NCBI GenBank assembly: GCA_011364925.1
Contig: RDOA01000013.1
Location: 1-64,000 of the forward strand
Origin: Promethearchaeota archaeon
Lineage (GTDB): Archaea; Asgardarchaeota; Lokiarchaeia; Sigyniarchaeales; SOKP01
Length of the DNA: 64,000 nt
Direction: 5' to 3'
Shown here: piece by piece, positions 37,973 through 48,210 of the stretch
Layout: every line of letters starts with the position of its first letter
Position numbering within the stretch: the stretch's first letter is position 1
Notes under the pieces: generated by a model
Seen by the model: only the letters and a program-made list of their open reading frames with translations
Database searches by the model: none
What the model was told of the DNA's origin: nothing
Translations under genes and position numbers: made by a program

Positions 37973-38503
37973 ATGTACGACGCTACTTTTAAGATCATCA
38001 TTTTTGGAGATGCTGGTTGTGGAAAGACAACTCTAACTCAAAGATTTTTAACCAACTTATTTGTATCTGACCAAACAATGACAATTGGAGTCGATTTTGA
38101 AGTTAAAAGCCTTTCAGTTGACAACCAAAAAGTAAAGCTGCAAATTTGGGATTTTGGGGGAGAAGAAAGATTCAGATTTTTACTTCCGACTTACGTAAGG
38201 GGGGCGCGTGGTGGGTTATTTTTATACGATATTACAAACTATTCATCGATCGCTCATATAGACGATTGGTTAAGTGTTATAAGGAAAGAAATTAGAGCTG
38301 AAGATATTTTTCCTATAATCGTAGTTGGTGGTAAGGCAGATCTAGTAGAAAATAGAGAAGTATCCTCCGCGGATGGAATAAAAATAGCGAAATCGAGAAA
38401 TGTTAATGGATTTATTGAGACAAGCTCCAAAACTGGAGAGAATGTAGATAAAGCTTTTGAAGCATTAACAAAGCTCATGCTTGACCAATTCTCACCTCCA
38501 TAA
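37973..38503 (+). CDS. Ras/Rab-like small GTPase (variant G3/G4)
   Basis: GDAGCGKTT, TIGVDF, WDFGGEERF, GKAD, TSSK. Confidence 0.95.
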   Translation: MYDATFKIIIFGDAGCGKTTLTQRFLTNLFVSDQTMTIGVDFEVKSLSVDNQKVKLQIWDFGGEERFRFLLPTYVRGARGGLFLYDITNYSSIAHIDDWLSVIRKEIRAEDIFPIIVVGGKADLVENREVSSADGIKIAKSRNVNGFIETSSKTGENVDKAFEALTKLMLDQFSPP

Positions 38504-38574
38504 CAATTCTCACATCTGGGTGCGACTCTTCAGCAGAAGGGAAATTATTTAAATAAATAAAAATCCATTTATTT

Positions 38575-39420
38575 CTAAAATGAGCTTAATTGCTTATTAT
38601 CTCCGTTAATTTTTTCAGAAATACGAGTATTTATTCTTCGATTTAAAACCATTGTTTGAAATTCCATATCTTTCTTATATTGATTTGCTAAGCTAATTAA
38701 TTGTTCAACAATCTCAATTTCTTGATTACTCTCTTCAAACTGATATCCTCCGAAATTTGGAATTTCAGCGTATTTCTTGATCAAAATTTCTTGAAGTTCA
38801 CTCGGTAAAACATCCGTTCTATCCTTAATTGCAGAGTTAATTGCCTCTAAAAGATCAAAATATTTCTCTTGTTTACCAAATTGGCACAAAATACATTTTA
38901 AACTTCGATTTTTAAGAATGTATAAAATTATTACTCCTGTTAAGTATGTAAAACAATCAACGATTTCATCATAATTTCCCTTTTTCATATGTTTTTTAAC
39001 AATGACATCAGCTATAGAAAATAAGCTCGAAAAATATATTGCTCTATGGAAATAAGCAGGATCAACACAAAACAATCTTGTGAACCAAAATGGACTAAGT
39101 TCACACGGAGGATTCTCATAAAAAGTGTAATATACTAATCTACCATCTCTTTCCTTGGCTAAGGTTCCTTCCTTTTTCAGTACATTTAAGTAAGTTGAAA
39201 TTGTTGAACGTGCGATGTCTTTATAAAATTTCTTATATTCTAATTCTACATCTCTCGTAGTTACTTTCTTTCTACCTTCAAGGTAGAATTTCAACATTAT
39301 TCCTAAAATTCGATTTTCGTGAAGTTGTCCGGTTTTTATTTGTTGTTCTTCTGATTCGTCTTCTCTGATATTATAGACATTTAATAATTCCGGTGCTATT
39401 TCATGAATTACTTTTTCCAG
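38575..39420 (-). CDS. Winged-helix transcriptional regulator (track start 39297; frame open upstream, possible CTG start at 39420)
   Basis: 'HENRILGIMLKF...VTTRDVE...ARSTISTYLNVLKKEGTL..ERDGR.VYY' wHTH. Confidence 0.7.
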   Translation of the reverse strand: MEKVIHEIAPELLNVYNIREDESEEQQIKTGQLHENRILGIMLKFYLEGRKKVTTRDVELEYKKFYKDIARSTISTYLNVLKKEGTLAKERDGRLVYYTFYENPPCELSPFWFTRLFCVDPAYFHRAIYFSSLFSIADVIVKKHMKKGNYDEIVDCFTYLTGVIILYILKNRSLKCILCQFGKQEKYFDLLEAINSAIKDRTDVLPSELQEILIKKYAEIPNFGGYQFEESNQEIEIVEQLISLANQYKKDMEFQTMVLNRRINTRISEKINGDNKQLSSF

Positions 39421-39659
39421 AATATAGATGGTAAGTTCAGTAATTTTTAACTATCCTCAAAATTAATTAGCATTATCTTTATAAAAAAAATGTATATTTT
39501 TAATAATTTATATTCTAATCGAATAGAATTTTTAATCTACTATAATAAACCACAACAAAAATTAATTAAATTAATCAAAATTGTCTAAGTTCAATCTAAA
39601 AATGAAAATATAAAGAAAGTAAATAAAATTTGTATTGATAAAATGATTTATTTAAAATT

Positions 39660-41489
39660 TCAGCTGCCATATTTCTCTTTCCAAAGAGGATCGTTAATTT
39701 GAAGGATTCTACGCTGAACTTTTCCAAGAATATCTTTTGGAACGCTGGGAATAAATTCAATTATTGCAGGACATTTCCATTTTGTCATATTTTCTTGAGT
39801 CCAAGCGATTAGTCCTTCTTCCGTGATCTTTCCAACATAATCGGGTTTCAATTCAACCCACGCTTTTGTAACTTCTCCAACTTTTCCCGCTGGATCGGGT
39901 AACCCTGAGACAGCAGCTTCTGAAACCGCTTCGTGTTTCATCAACATCGATTCAACTTCTTTTGGGAATACTGAGTGCCCAGCTACTTTAATTAACTGTT
40001 TTTTGCGATCTCTTATCTCAATAGTTCCATCATCGTTCATAAAACCTATATCTCCAGTTAATAACCATAATTTACCGCCATAATTTTTAATCGTATCATC
40101 TGTTTCTTCAGATTGATTGAGGTATGCATACATAACTTGCGGGCCGTGAACACAAATCTCACCGGTATGTTCTTCTCCAAACTGAGTATCATCTGGGTTT
40201 CCTAAGCAAATAGGACCATCATCAAAATTTTCTGTTGGCCAAATTCCCCATTCTGTACCAGGAACTGGTAACCCAATAACTCCAATTGGACTTTCACCAA
40301 AAAGATTTCCAGCACTAACAAGAGGCGATGACTCTGTTAATCCATAACCTTCTACAATATTTCCACCCGTGTTCTTTACAAAAGCATCTCGTACAGGGCG
40401 ATGTAAAGGACCAGCTCCCGAAGCACATAACTTTAATTTGCCCATGACTCCCGGATACTTTTCTTTTATATCAGGAAATTCTGCTAAACGCTTAAACAAA
40501 ATTTCAGCACCTGCGTAAACTAAACCTTCAGGAGCAGGTAATTCTTCAATGTGTTCCAATAATTCTTCCGTGGGTGGAGGCGTTGGAAACATCATTATCC
40601 ATCCTCCAAATGCAATAGTTGCATTCATCACTATTGTATGAGCAAAACTGTGGAAAAAGGGAAGGACTGCAACATTCCCTATCCCTGGTTTTTCACCACC
40701 TAGCCAATACTTGGCTTGTTCTGCGTTAGAAACCGCGTTGAAATGTGTTAATACAGCGGCTTTTGGCAAACCCGTAGTTCCACCAGTCATAATATATGTA
40801 GCAGGATGTGTTTTAACATCTAGATCCACTTTAGGTACATTTGGTTCTGCTTCTATTAAATCCATAAAATTAACCGCTCCAGGAACTTTCACTTTCCCCG
40901 TGGGAATCACTCCTAACCTCTTTCCTAACGCCCTCTTGATTCCTAAACCATGGGCTAAATCAGCAAGATTAGTATAAATGACTTGTTTAACTGAACTTCT
41001 ACCGAGAATTTCTCCTATGTAAGGCAATCCCTTTTTTATACGAGATTTACTTTTTTCGTCGAAAAAAGCATCGTATGCTATTAAATATTTAGCGTTAGTC
41101 ACTTCTAATTGGTGAAGTATTTCAAGTGGTTTATAAGTCGGATTAATTCCAGATGCAATTGCTCCTAATCTCGTAATTGCGTAATAGGAAACAACGTATT
41201 GAATACAATTTCCCATAAGCATAGCTACAACATCCCCCTTTTTAACTCCAAGCTTGTGAAGAGCCGTAGTTAAACTTAAAACATAATCGTGGAATTGATG
41301 ATAAGTTACCCATGTCTCTAAAAACCAGATAAAATTCTGATCGCCATATTTTTCCACTTGCTCATCTAAAAATTGATTAAGCGTTTTATCTTTAAAAGCA
41401 ACATTTTTTGGAACGCTTTGTGGCCACCATTTTTTAAACCATATCTTATTTTCATTTACTTGGTACGTATCTTCTTTAATAATTGGCAT
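39660..41489 (-). CDS. Long-chain acyl-CoA synthetase (AMP-binding)
   Basis: 'MTGGTTGLPKAA.LTH', 'EGYGLTE', 'TGDIG', 'DRKKQLIK..G..V.P.EVE'. Confidence 0.93.
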   Translation of the reverse strand: MPIIKEDTYQVNENKIWFKKWWPQSVPKNVAFKDKTLNQFLDEQVEKYGDQNFIWFLETWVTYHQFHDYVLSLTTALHKLGVKKGDVVAMLMGNCIQYVVSYYAITRLGAIASGINPTYKPLEILHQLEVTNAKYLIAYDAFFDEKSKSRIKKGLPYIGEILGRSSVKQVIYTNLADLAHGLGIKRALGKRLGVIPTGKVKVPGAVNFMDLIEAEPNVPKVDLDVKTHPATYIMTGGTTGLPKAAVLTHFNAVSNAEQAKYWLGGEKPGIGNVAVLPFFHSFAHTIVMNATIAFGGWIMMFPTPPPTEELLEHIEELPAPEGLVYAGAEILFKRLAEFPDIKEKYPGVMGKLKLCASGAGPLHRPVRDAFVKNTGGNIVEGYGLTESSPLVSAGNLFGESPIGVIGLPVPGTEWGIWPTENFDDGPICLGNPDDTQFGEEHTGEICVHGPQVMYAYLNQSEETDDTIKNYGGKLWLLTGDIGFMNDDGTIEIRDRKKQLIKVAGHSVFPKEVESMLMKHEAVSEAAVSGLPDPAGKVGEVTKAWVELKPDYVGKITEEGLIAWTQENMTKWKCPAIIEFIPSVPKDILGKVQRRILQINDPLWKEKYGS

Positions 41490-41660
41490 TTTTACTAACT
41501 CTAGTTGTAATATAAATTGTTTTAATTGCTTTAATGCATCATACTATATTATTTTCGTTGTTTTAGATTTTGTTAATAAATTATCTTTTCTCGATTCACT
41601 AAGGAGAAAATCATCTCTAAAATCATTTAAGACTAAAACTTAACTACGAATAATAAGTAG

Positions 41661-43502
41661 TTAGGTTCTATCTCCATATTTCTCTTTCCAAATTGGATCG
41701 TTTATTTGAAGCGCTCTCCTCTGAACTTTCCCAACAATATTCTTCGGTAAATCTCCTACTATTGCAATGTGTTGGGGAACTTTGTAATGAGCCATGTTAT
41801 CCAAAGCCCACTCTTTGATTGATTTAGGAGACAAATCAGAATCCTCTCTAATTGAAACCCACGCTTTTATAACTTCTCCGTATTCATCGTTCGGTAAACC
41901 GGACACAGCTACTTCTAAAATATCAGGATGTTTCATTAGAAGTTCTTCAACTTCTTTTGGGAAGACTGAGAAACCTTTAAATTTAATGAGTTGTTTCTTA
42001 CGATCTCGTATTTCAATCGTACCATCCTCGTTCATAAATCCAATATCTCCCGTTAAAAGCCAAGTTTTTCCATCGTATTCAAGCAATGTATTCTTAGTTT
42101 CATCTAGCTGTTCTAAATACCCTTTCATTATCTGAGGACCGTGAACGCATATTTCTCCCGTATTTTCAACTCCAAACTTAGAATCATCAGGATTTCCTAG
42201 GCATATTGGACCCTTCGAAAAATCATCCGGATAAAAAATACCCCACTCAGTTCCTGGAAAAGGCATACCAATCACTCCTACCGGACTTTCACCAAACAAA
42301 TTACCAGCACTTACCGCGGGACTTGCTTCACTTAACCCGTACCCTTCGACAATCCTGCCCCCAGTATTCTCAATGAAAGCGTCTCGCACCTGTTTGTGTA
42401 AAGGACCCGCGCTTGATATACACAGTTTTAGTTTTCCCATAACTCCAGGGTATCTTCTATTTAAATGTCTCATTTCAGCAAACTTGATAAACAAGATCTC
42501 AGCACCCGCATAAATCAATCCTTCAGCACAAGGGAGTTTTTCTATAAGTTCGCATAACTCATCCTGAGACGGTGGAGTTGGAAACAGAATCATCCATCCT
42601 CCTACTGCTATAGAAGTGTTCATAACAACAGTATGAGCAAAACTGTGAAATAACGGAAGAATTCCAATGTTTCCCATACCTGGCACTTCACCACCCAACC
42701 ATAACCTGCATTGTTCAGCATTGGAAACAACATTAAAATGTGTTAGTACTGCCGCTTTAGGTAAACCCGTGGAACCTCCTGTCATTATATAAGTAGCAGC
42801 ATCATTTTTAACATCTATCTTCACATTGAGATCTGAATCTCTTGGTTCCGTTTTCATTAAGTCTTTAAATTTAACTGCCCCCTCATAATCGCATTTACCT
42901 GTAGGTATTTTTTTTAGGAATTTTCCGAGAATTCTTTTAGTGCTGAACATTTGCGCTAAATCAACAAGATTAGTATACACGACTTTTTCAATTTTTGTGT
43001 TGTCAATAATTGGTTTTATGCTTGATTCGTATAACGAATCTAATACAATCAGCACTTTTGGTTTTATAATTTCGATTTGATGAAGGATCTCCATAGGTTG
43101 ATAGTTTGGATTAATCCCGCTTGCGATCGCTCCTATTCTAGTTGTAGCGTAATATGCTACTACATATTGAATGCAATTTGGTAGGTGAATTGCGATAACA
43201 TCTCCCTTCTTTATACCTAGATCAACTAGCGCTGTGGCAAACCTCTTCACATAATCTTGAAACAATTTATATGTTACCCATGTTCCGAGAAACCAAATTA
43301 AATTATGATCTGGATATTTCTCAACTTGCTCGTCTAACATTTCATTTAACGATTTTTCTTCAAATTCTGCATTGTATGGTACATTTTCGGGCCACCATGT
43401 ATGAAACCAACGCTTTTTCTCGTTCACGCGGAACGAACTGTCTATTTTAGGATGCATTATGAAATCAACCTTTATTTTACAAAAGTGATTGTTAAAGATC
43501 AT
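41661..43502 (-). CDS. Long-chain acyl-CoA synthetase, tandem paralogue (start likely MHPK at 43457)
   Basis: Same motifs; long identical stretches shared with 39660-41489. Confidence 0.93.
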   Translation of the reverse strand: MIFNNHFCKIKVDFIMHPKIDSSFRVNEKKRWFHTWWPENVPYNAEFEEKSLNEMLDEQVEKYPDHNLIWFLGTWVTYKLFQDYVKRFATALVDLGIKKGDVIAIHLPNCIQYVVAYYATTRIGAIASGINPNYQPMEILHQIEIIKPKVLIVLDSLYESSIKPIIDNTKIEKVVYTNLVDLAQMFSTKRILGKFLKKIPTGKCDYEGAVKFKDLMKTEPRDSDLNVKIDVKNDAATYIMTGGSTGLPKAAVLTHFNVVSNAEQCRLWLGGEVPGMGNIGILPLFHSFAHTVVMNTSIAVGGWMILFPTPPSQDELCELIEKLPCAEGLIYAGAEILFIKFAEMRHLNRRYPGVMGKLKLCISSAGPLHKQVRDAFIENTGGRIVEGYGLSEASPAVSAGNLFGESPVGVIGMPFPGTEWGIFYPDDFSKGPICLGNPDDSKFGVENTGEICVHGPQIMKGYLEQLDETKNTLLEYDGKTWLLTGDIGFMNEDGTIEIRDRKKQLIKFKGFSVFPKEVEELLMKHPDILEVAVSGLPNDEYGEVIKAWVSIREDSDLSPKSIKEWALDNMAHYKVPQHIAIVGDLPKNIVGKVQRRALQINDPIWKEKYGDRT

Positions 43503-43596
43503 TTTGATAAGACTAAATATAAAATTATCCTAAAAGGTATAAACACTTGAAAAAATCGAAGGAAAAAAAAAATAAAATTAAATATATAGTTGAGAT

Positions 43597-45744
43597 TTAA
43601 AATCTCATATCTTTACGCCTTTTGATTAAAATGGTAGCAATACCAATTAAACCGACACCAGCGATTAAGAGGATCAAAGCCCAGAAACCTGTCGCTTCAA
43701 ACACCATGAAAACACTGAAAGTAGGATCGTGCCAAATTCCACTTCCATCTTCAAACATTGGGAAACATACAGCGTAAACCATTACGCTAAAAGAAATATT
43801 TAACCCAATATCTGCAGCGAAAGCTTCTACTTCACCAGGTGTTCCTTCAAAAGTCTCGTGCGCTTGGGTCTCAGCTTCAAACAAAGCGACTGGTAAAATG
43901 CTTGTGGAAGCAGGTGCACTCGTCGAAGTTCCTTCTGGGCCATAAAGATAATCAGGACCAGCGATATCAACAAATGGGAGTTTATCTCGTATATTTTGAG
44001 GTAGGTAATTTCCGATCTTAAGCGAATGGGTTGTCTCATCGTAGTCATCTGCAGGATTTAAGGGATCGACTGGATTATCACCAATAGTATCGATTTTAAG
44101 GTGAAAATGCAAAACTGTCGAAACATATATGATAGCAAGATCTAAACCTGCAATAGGATTATTCGCACCTGGAGCTGTAGGTCCATTCCAAGGAGCGAAA
44201 AATTGATCCAACTTTACAGCTCCATGTAAAACAGGTACAGTACCGCCATCTGTAGTTGCAAGGTTTTCTTCTTTTGGTTCGAAAGTGAAACCAAAATGGA
44301 TGTAAGCAAGAGATTCTGCAGTTGCTCCCAAATACGAATCTAACTCAACTCCAACTGGTACCGGAATTATTGTAGCGCGATCCAAAGTCAAACCCCATGA
44401 AATACTATTACCATTTTTAGCTGGTTTAGCGAAATTGAAATCATCTACGCTTCCTAGTATCAATCTATGGGTTAATTCTGAACTACGAGGTATTTCTACT
44501 GGATCTCCTTTATCATCATGCACAGGAACACCAAGATTGTCAGTCACTTGCGTATAATTAACAGATAACTTACCATCAGGAATAGGACCATTAGCAGTAT
44601 CATTGTACAAGAATGCTCCTGTTAAGTGATGTGTGAATAAGAAGAATTCAATATCTAAACCTTGGAAAATTGCGGCAGGATTAACTGAATCTCCTTCCAT
44701 TCCATAATTCACTAAGTTTAATATCTCACCGACGTCAATGTGAATTTCAAAATTTTTAACCCATAACTGAAATAGATCGAATGTAAAAGATGTAAATTCC
44801 TTCCTCACATTAGCATCGACATCAAGTTCGGTTAACAACCACTCCATATAGCTATCATTTTTCCGTTCAGCTGTTTGATTCCAATAGGCTAATATAGCAG
44901 TTCCATTTACCAATGAACTAACATCGAGGTCATTTCCATTAGCCATTTGCCAGTCGTTAGTTACCTTCCAGGTTTTGGATATAGAAAATCCGGCACTAGT
45001 TTTAATCTCTAACTTTTGCCAAGTAATAGGATTTAAAACAAACAATTCGTCCCCAGTGAAGATATCGTTGATATGAATTAAAAACCAAGTAATTAATTCA
45101 ACACCTTCTTGAATTAATTCTTCTGGAATTCCTCCAAATTCAGATGGAGATGAAGTAGATGGGCTTGAAGAAAGGGGTACATTAATATATAGAGCAATTT
45201 TATTGAAAAAATTTATAATCTTTTTCACTGCATTAACAAAAGTACCGTCATGATCCCAGATTACTAAAGTGACTCCAGCTCCTAAGGTAAAATTAAATGC
45301 GTATGAACCAGAAGTTGTCACCTCGCAATATGCGTATCCGTAGGTATTAGGATCATATACACCTTCATAATAATCATAAGGAAGCATATATGTATCTCTT
45401 TTAGGACTCGAGTAATCTTGCGTACCATTAATAGTTTTTTCGTAACTTGCACTTAAGGCATAAACACCAGGTAATATTTCCTTACCGCTAAAGTTAGTGA
45501 GTGTCTGCATAAACAACATTTCAAAAACGGTTGCTAAAACATTACCCCCGGGACCTAAACCCCTAAATATGCCTCCCATAATAGTTCCAAAACCCCCAAT
45601 AAGAGAACTAGGATCTACTCCTCCTAATTGGTCGTAGGTATAATCGTTGTTGTAATCGTAACCCGTCGCCATAATCGGCGCGGCTGTAAAAGAAGCTACC
45701 ATTAAAGTCATAACCATTAAGGCTTTAGTGCTTACTTTTTTCAT
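43597..45744 (-). CDS. Secreted, C-terminally membrane-anchored cell-surface protein
   Basis: Signal peptide MKKVSTKALMVMTLMVASFTAA; several N-x-S/T sequons; C-terminal TM helix followed by KRRK. Confidence 0.8.
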   Translation of the reverse strand: MKKVSTKALMVMTLMVASFTAAPIMATGYDYNNDYTYDQLGGVDPSSLIGGFGTIMGGIFRGLGPGGNVLATVFEMLFMQTLTNFSGKEILPGVYALSASYEKTINGTQDYSSPKRDTYMLPYDYYEGVYDPNTYGYAYCEVTTSGSYAFNFTLGAGVTLVIWDHDGTFVNAVKKIINFFNKIALYINVPLSSSPSTSSPSEFGGIPEELIQEGVELITWFLIHINDIFTGDELFVLNPITWQKLEIKTSAGFSISKTWKVTNDWQMANGNDLDVSSLVNGTAILAYWNQTAERKNDSYMEWLLTELDVDANVRKEFTSFTFDLFQLWVKNFEIHIDVGEILNLVNYGMEGDSVNPAAIFQGLDIEFFLFTHHLTGAFLYNDTANGPIPDGKLSVNYTQVTDNLGVPVHDDKGDPVEIPRSSELTHRLILGSVDDFNFAKPAKNGNSISWGLTLDRATIIPVPVGVELDSYLGATAESLAYIHFGFTFEPKEENLATTDGGTVPVLHGAVKLDQFFAPWNGPTAPGANNPIAGLDLAIIYVSTVLHFHLKIDTIGDNPVDPLNPADDYDETTHSLKIGNYLPQNIRDKLPFVDIAGPDYLYGPEGTSTSAPASTSILPVALFEAETQAHETFEGTPGEVEAFAADIGLNISFSVMVYAVCFPMFEDGSGIWHDPTFSVFMVFEATGFWALILLIAGVGLIGIATILIKRRKDMRF

Positions 45745-46051
45745 TATTTTTGTTCACTCTTTTTTTTTTTAAAAATTAGTGCTTAAATCACAAATAAATT
45801 TTTTGTTTTTAATTGTTTATATTCTATTTCACTAGAAATTTTAAAATTATAGAATTAAGTAGAATAAATATAAAAAAAGTTCTCTTATTTGTATCTACTT
45901 ATTTTTACTTTTATTATTTTTGATCTAGATTGATTGAGAATACTTATCTTAAGGATTATCTTTAATTTAATACTCTATTTATCTTATATAGTTTCATTTA
46001 ATCGTTGAACATAAAAAAGCTACGACATAATATTGGTTTTATTTGAAAAAA

Positions 46052-47059
46052 TTAGTCTTCAATCGTAATAAAGGTATAAAACAAAACGAAGATGTATAAC
46101 ATTGCTGAAATTAATAAACTCCATGATCGCAATATCAAAGAGAATTCACCCGCTAATATTACGTTTGAACCGATAAATACAGCTGCAATGAGATAACCTA
46201 CAAAATAACTTTTAAAATTACCATATTTAGATTTACCTCTAACCATATTAACGATAAATGTAAATACCACGATTATCAGACCCGCAGTGTAAATCAAGCT
46301 TATGATCGGAAAATTGTAAAAATCTAAGAGAAAAAAGATGACAAAAAGGAATACTTCCAGAACTTTAACTTGAACAAAACTTTTTTTTTGCGATGTATCT
46401 GTAAAGAGTTGTTCGTATTCGCTTATCCCTGAATTCGAAAATAGTATTATCAATGAACCTATTGCTAATGCTGTAAATAAAGAATAGGAAATCATGTAAA
46501 GATAATCAATTAACTTTAACCAAACATTATTCCATAGAAATAGGGGTAATTTTAAGAATTCGGGTATTATACTCACTGTGCAGAAAATGGGTACTATTGC
46601 TGCCACCACCATTGCTATCTTAGTCAACAGCGATATTCGCGAGTCATCTTCCCAACTTTCTTTTTTAAAAGTTGTCAATCGCCACGCAAAAGAAGCAAAA
46701 CTTAAAATAGAAATGAATGGTGTTATTAATGGAAATACGAAGATTAAGAGAATATATACCGCGTTAATGCCATAAAAGAATTTAAGCCTTGAAGGTACTA
46801 CGCTAATTTTTTCATCAAACGAGTCCATGGTGTTAGCGAAGCGATTGGCAAATAAAATTAAAAAAAACAACCAAGAGACGCTAAATACCGTAGGGCAGAG
46901 AATCTTAATAATCCAAAAAGTTAAGACAGTATCTTCTGGTGAATACCATAAAGTAAAATCCACTAAAGAAAAGATTAAGAAGATGCTTACGGGTACTAAT
47001 ATAATAGCAAGCAAGACAATTAAACGGGTAACTATAACGCCTTTAACTGTTTTTGACAT
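46052..47059 (-). CDS. Polytopic membrane protein of unknown function
   Basis: About 9-10 hydrophobic segments. Confidence 0.75.
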   Translation of the reverse strand: MSKTVKGVIVTRLIVLLAIILVPVSIFLIFSLVDFTLWYSPEDTVLTFWIIKILCPTVFSVSWLFFLILFANRFANTMDSFDEKISVVPSRLKFFYGINAVYILLIFVFPLITPFISILSFASFAWRLTTFKKESWEDDSRISLLTKIAMVVAAIVPIFCTVSIIPEFLKLPLFLWNNVWLKLIDYLYMISYSLFTALAIGSLIILFSNSGISEYEQLFTDTSQKKSFVQVKVLEVFLFVIFFLLDFYNFPIISLIYTAGLIIVVFTFIVNMVRGKSKYGNFKSYFVGYLIAAVFIGSNVILAGEFSLILRSWSLLISAMLYIFVLFYTFITIED

Positions 47060-47225
47060 TAGTTTGTTTTGGCTATAGGTTATTAATAATTATATATATA
47101 ATGATGATAAGGTATTTTAAAATCTCTGTTTTATGACTATTTTTTTTTAGATATTAAAAAAAATTTATAGATCTATATTATAAAAGAAAAAATAAAGATG
47201 TATAATCACAATTTTAATACTATTG

Positions 47226-47963
47226 TTATAACTTCATTCCACAATTAGTACAAAAATCATTACCTGGTACCAGTTTTGCTCCGCAATTAGTGCAATGGGC
47301 GCCATCTAGCGTAGGTTCTTCATCGTATTCAATCTTAGATTTCCCTTTCTTGGATTTCAGCTTACCACCCTCTCCTGTCGGTTTATATTTCAAAGCTCCT
47401 ATAAATCCTCCAAACACTGCGCCTACTAGGCAACCTTCTAAAATCGCTGTAGAAACTGCTAACACGTACGGTAAATCCGTTAAACCGGTTACAGCACCGT
47501 TAATTAATCCTCCCAAAAGAGGTCCAACCACTGGTATCATGGGGAGCACGAAATATAGCACAAGGGCTATAATTAAATATCCTATTCCAATTGCCAAACA
47601 TGTGCGAATGCCTTTTCCAGGGCTTTTCGCATTGATAGCGCATATTGCTGAACAAGCTATTATCCACGGTAAGGTTACTGATAAAAGCAACATTACATCA
47701 TCAGGGCGATACATCAAACACCAATGAATTGGGAACATTAGTACTAAGAGTAATCCCATAAAAGCTCCAATTAAGAACCCTAATACAGTTCCAATACCAG
47801 GTAAAAGTGTACCTAAACCTAGTAGTAATTCATTTATATCCTCTAATAAACCACCGGATACTCTTGATGGCAAATCAAATGGTTCAAACATCATAAGGAG
47901 GGATGCAAAAAACAGAAAGATCATTCCAACGATTCCCGTCCACACTACTCTTCCAAAACCCAA
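47226..47963 (-). CDS. Membrane protein with C-terminal zinc ribbon
   Basis: About 5 TM segments; CTNCG-x8-CTNCG at the C-terminus; GGAGG upstream of TTG. Confidence 0.8.
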   Translation of the reverse strand: MGFGRVVWTGIVGMIFLFFASLLMMFEPFDLPSRVSGGLLEDINELLLGLGTLLPGIGTVLGFLIGAFMGLLLVLMFPIHWCLMYRPDDVMLLLSVTLPWIIACSAICAINAKSPGKGIRTCLAIGIGYLIIALVLYFVLPMIPVVGPLLGGLINGAVTGLTDLPYVLAVSTAILEGCLVGAVFGGFIGALKYKPTGEGGKLKSKKGKSKIEYDEEPTLDGAHCTNCGAKLVPGNDFCTNCGMKL

Positions 47964-48210
47964 AAGAAATATCCTCCAGTTCTAATTAATAAAATTTTAA
48001 ACATTAAAATTATACTTATCTTACTAATTCAGACATGATTCATATATTTAAAATTATGTTTTTAACAATTCTTTAGATTCTCTCTTTAATAACTACAATA
48101 AAAAATGAGAGCGAGGAACGCTGTTTAAGGTTTTCTATGACTTCTATGTCTATAGCAATATAATTTCTTAGGATAATATAGAAATTTAAAGAAAAAAATT
48201 TGAAAAAAGA

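Noticed and set aside
38504-38545. Small hairpin CTCTTC-agca-GAAGGG after the GTPase
   Set aside because: Too short to distinguish from chance; at most a terminator-associated hairpin.
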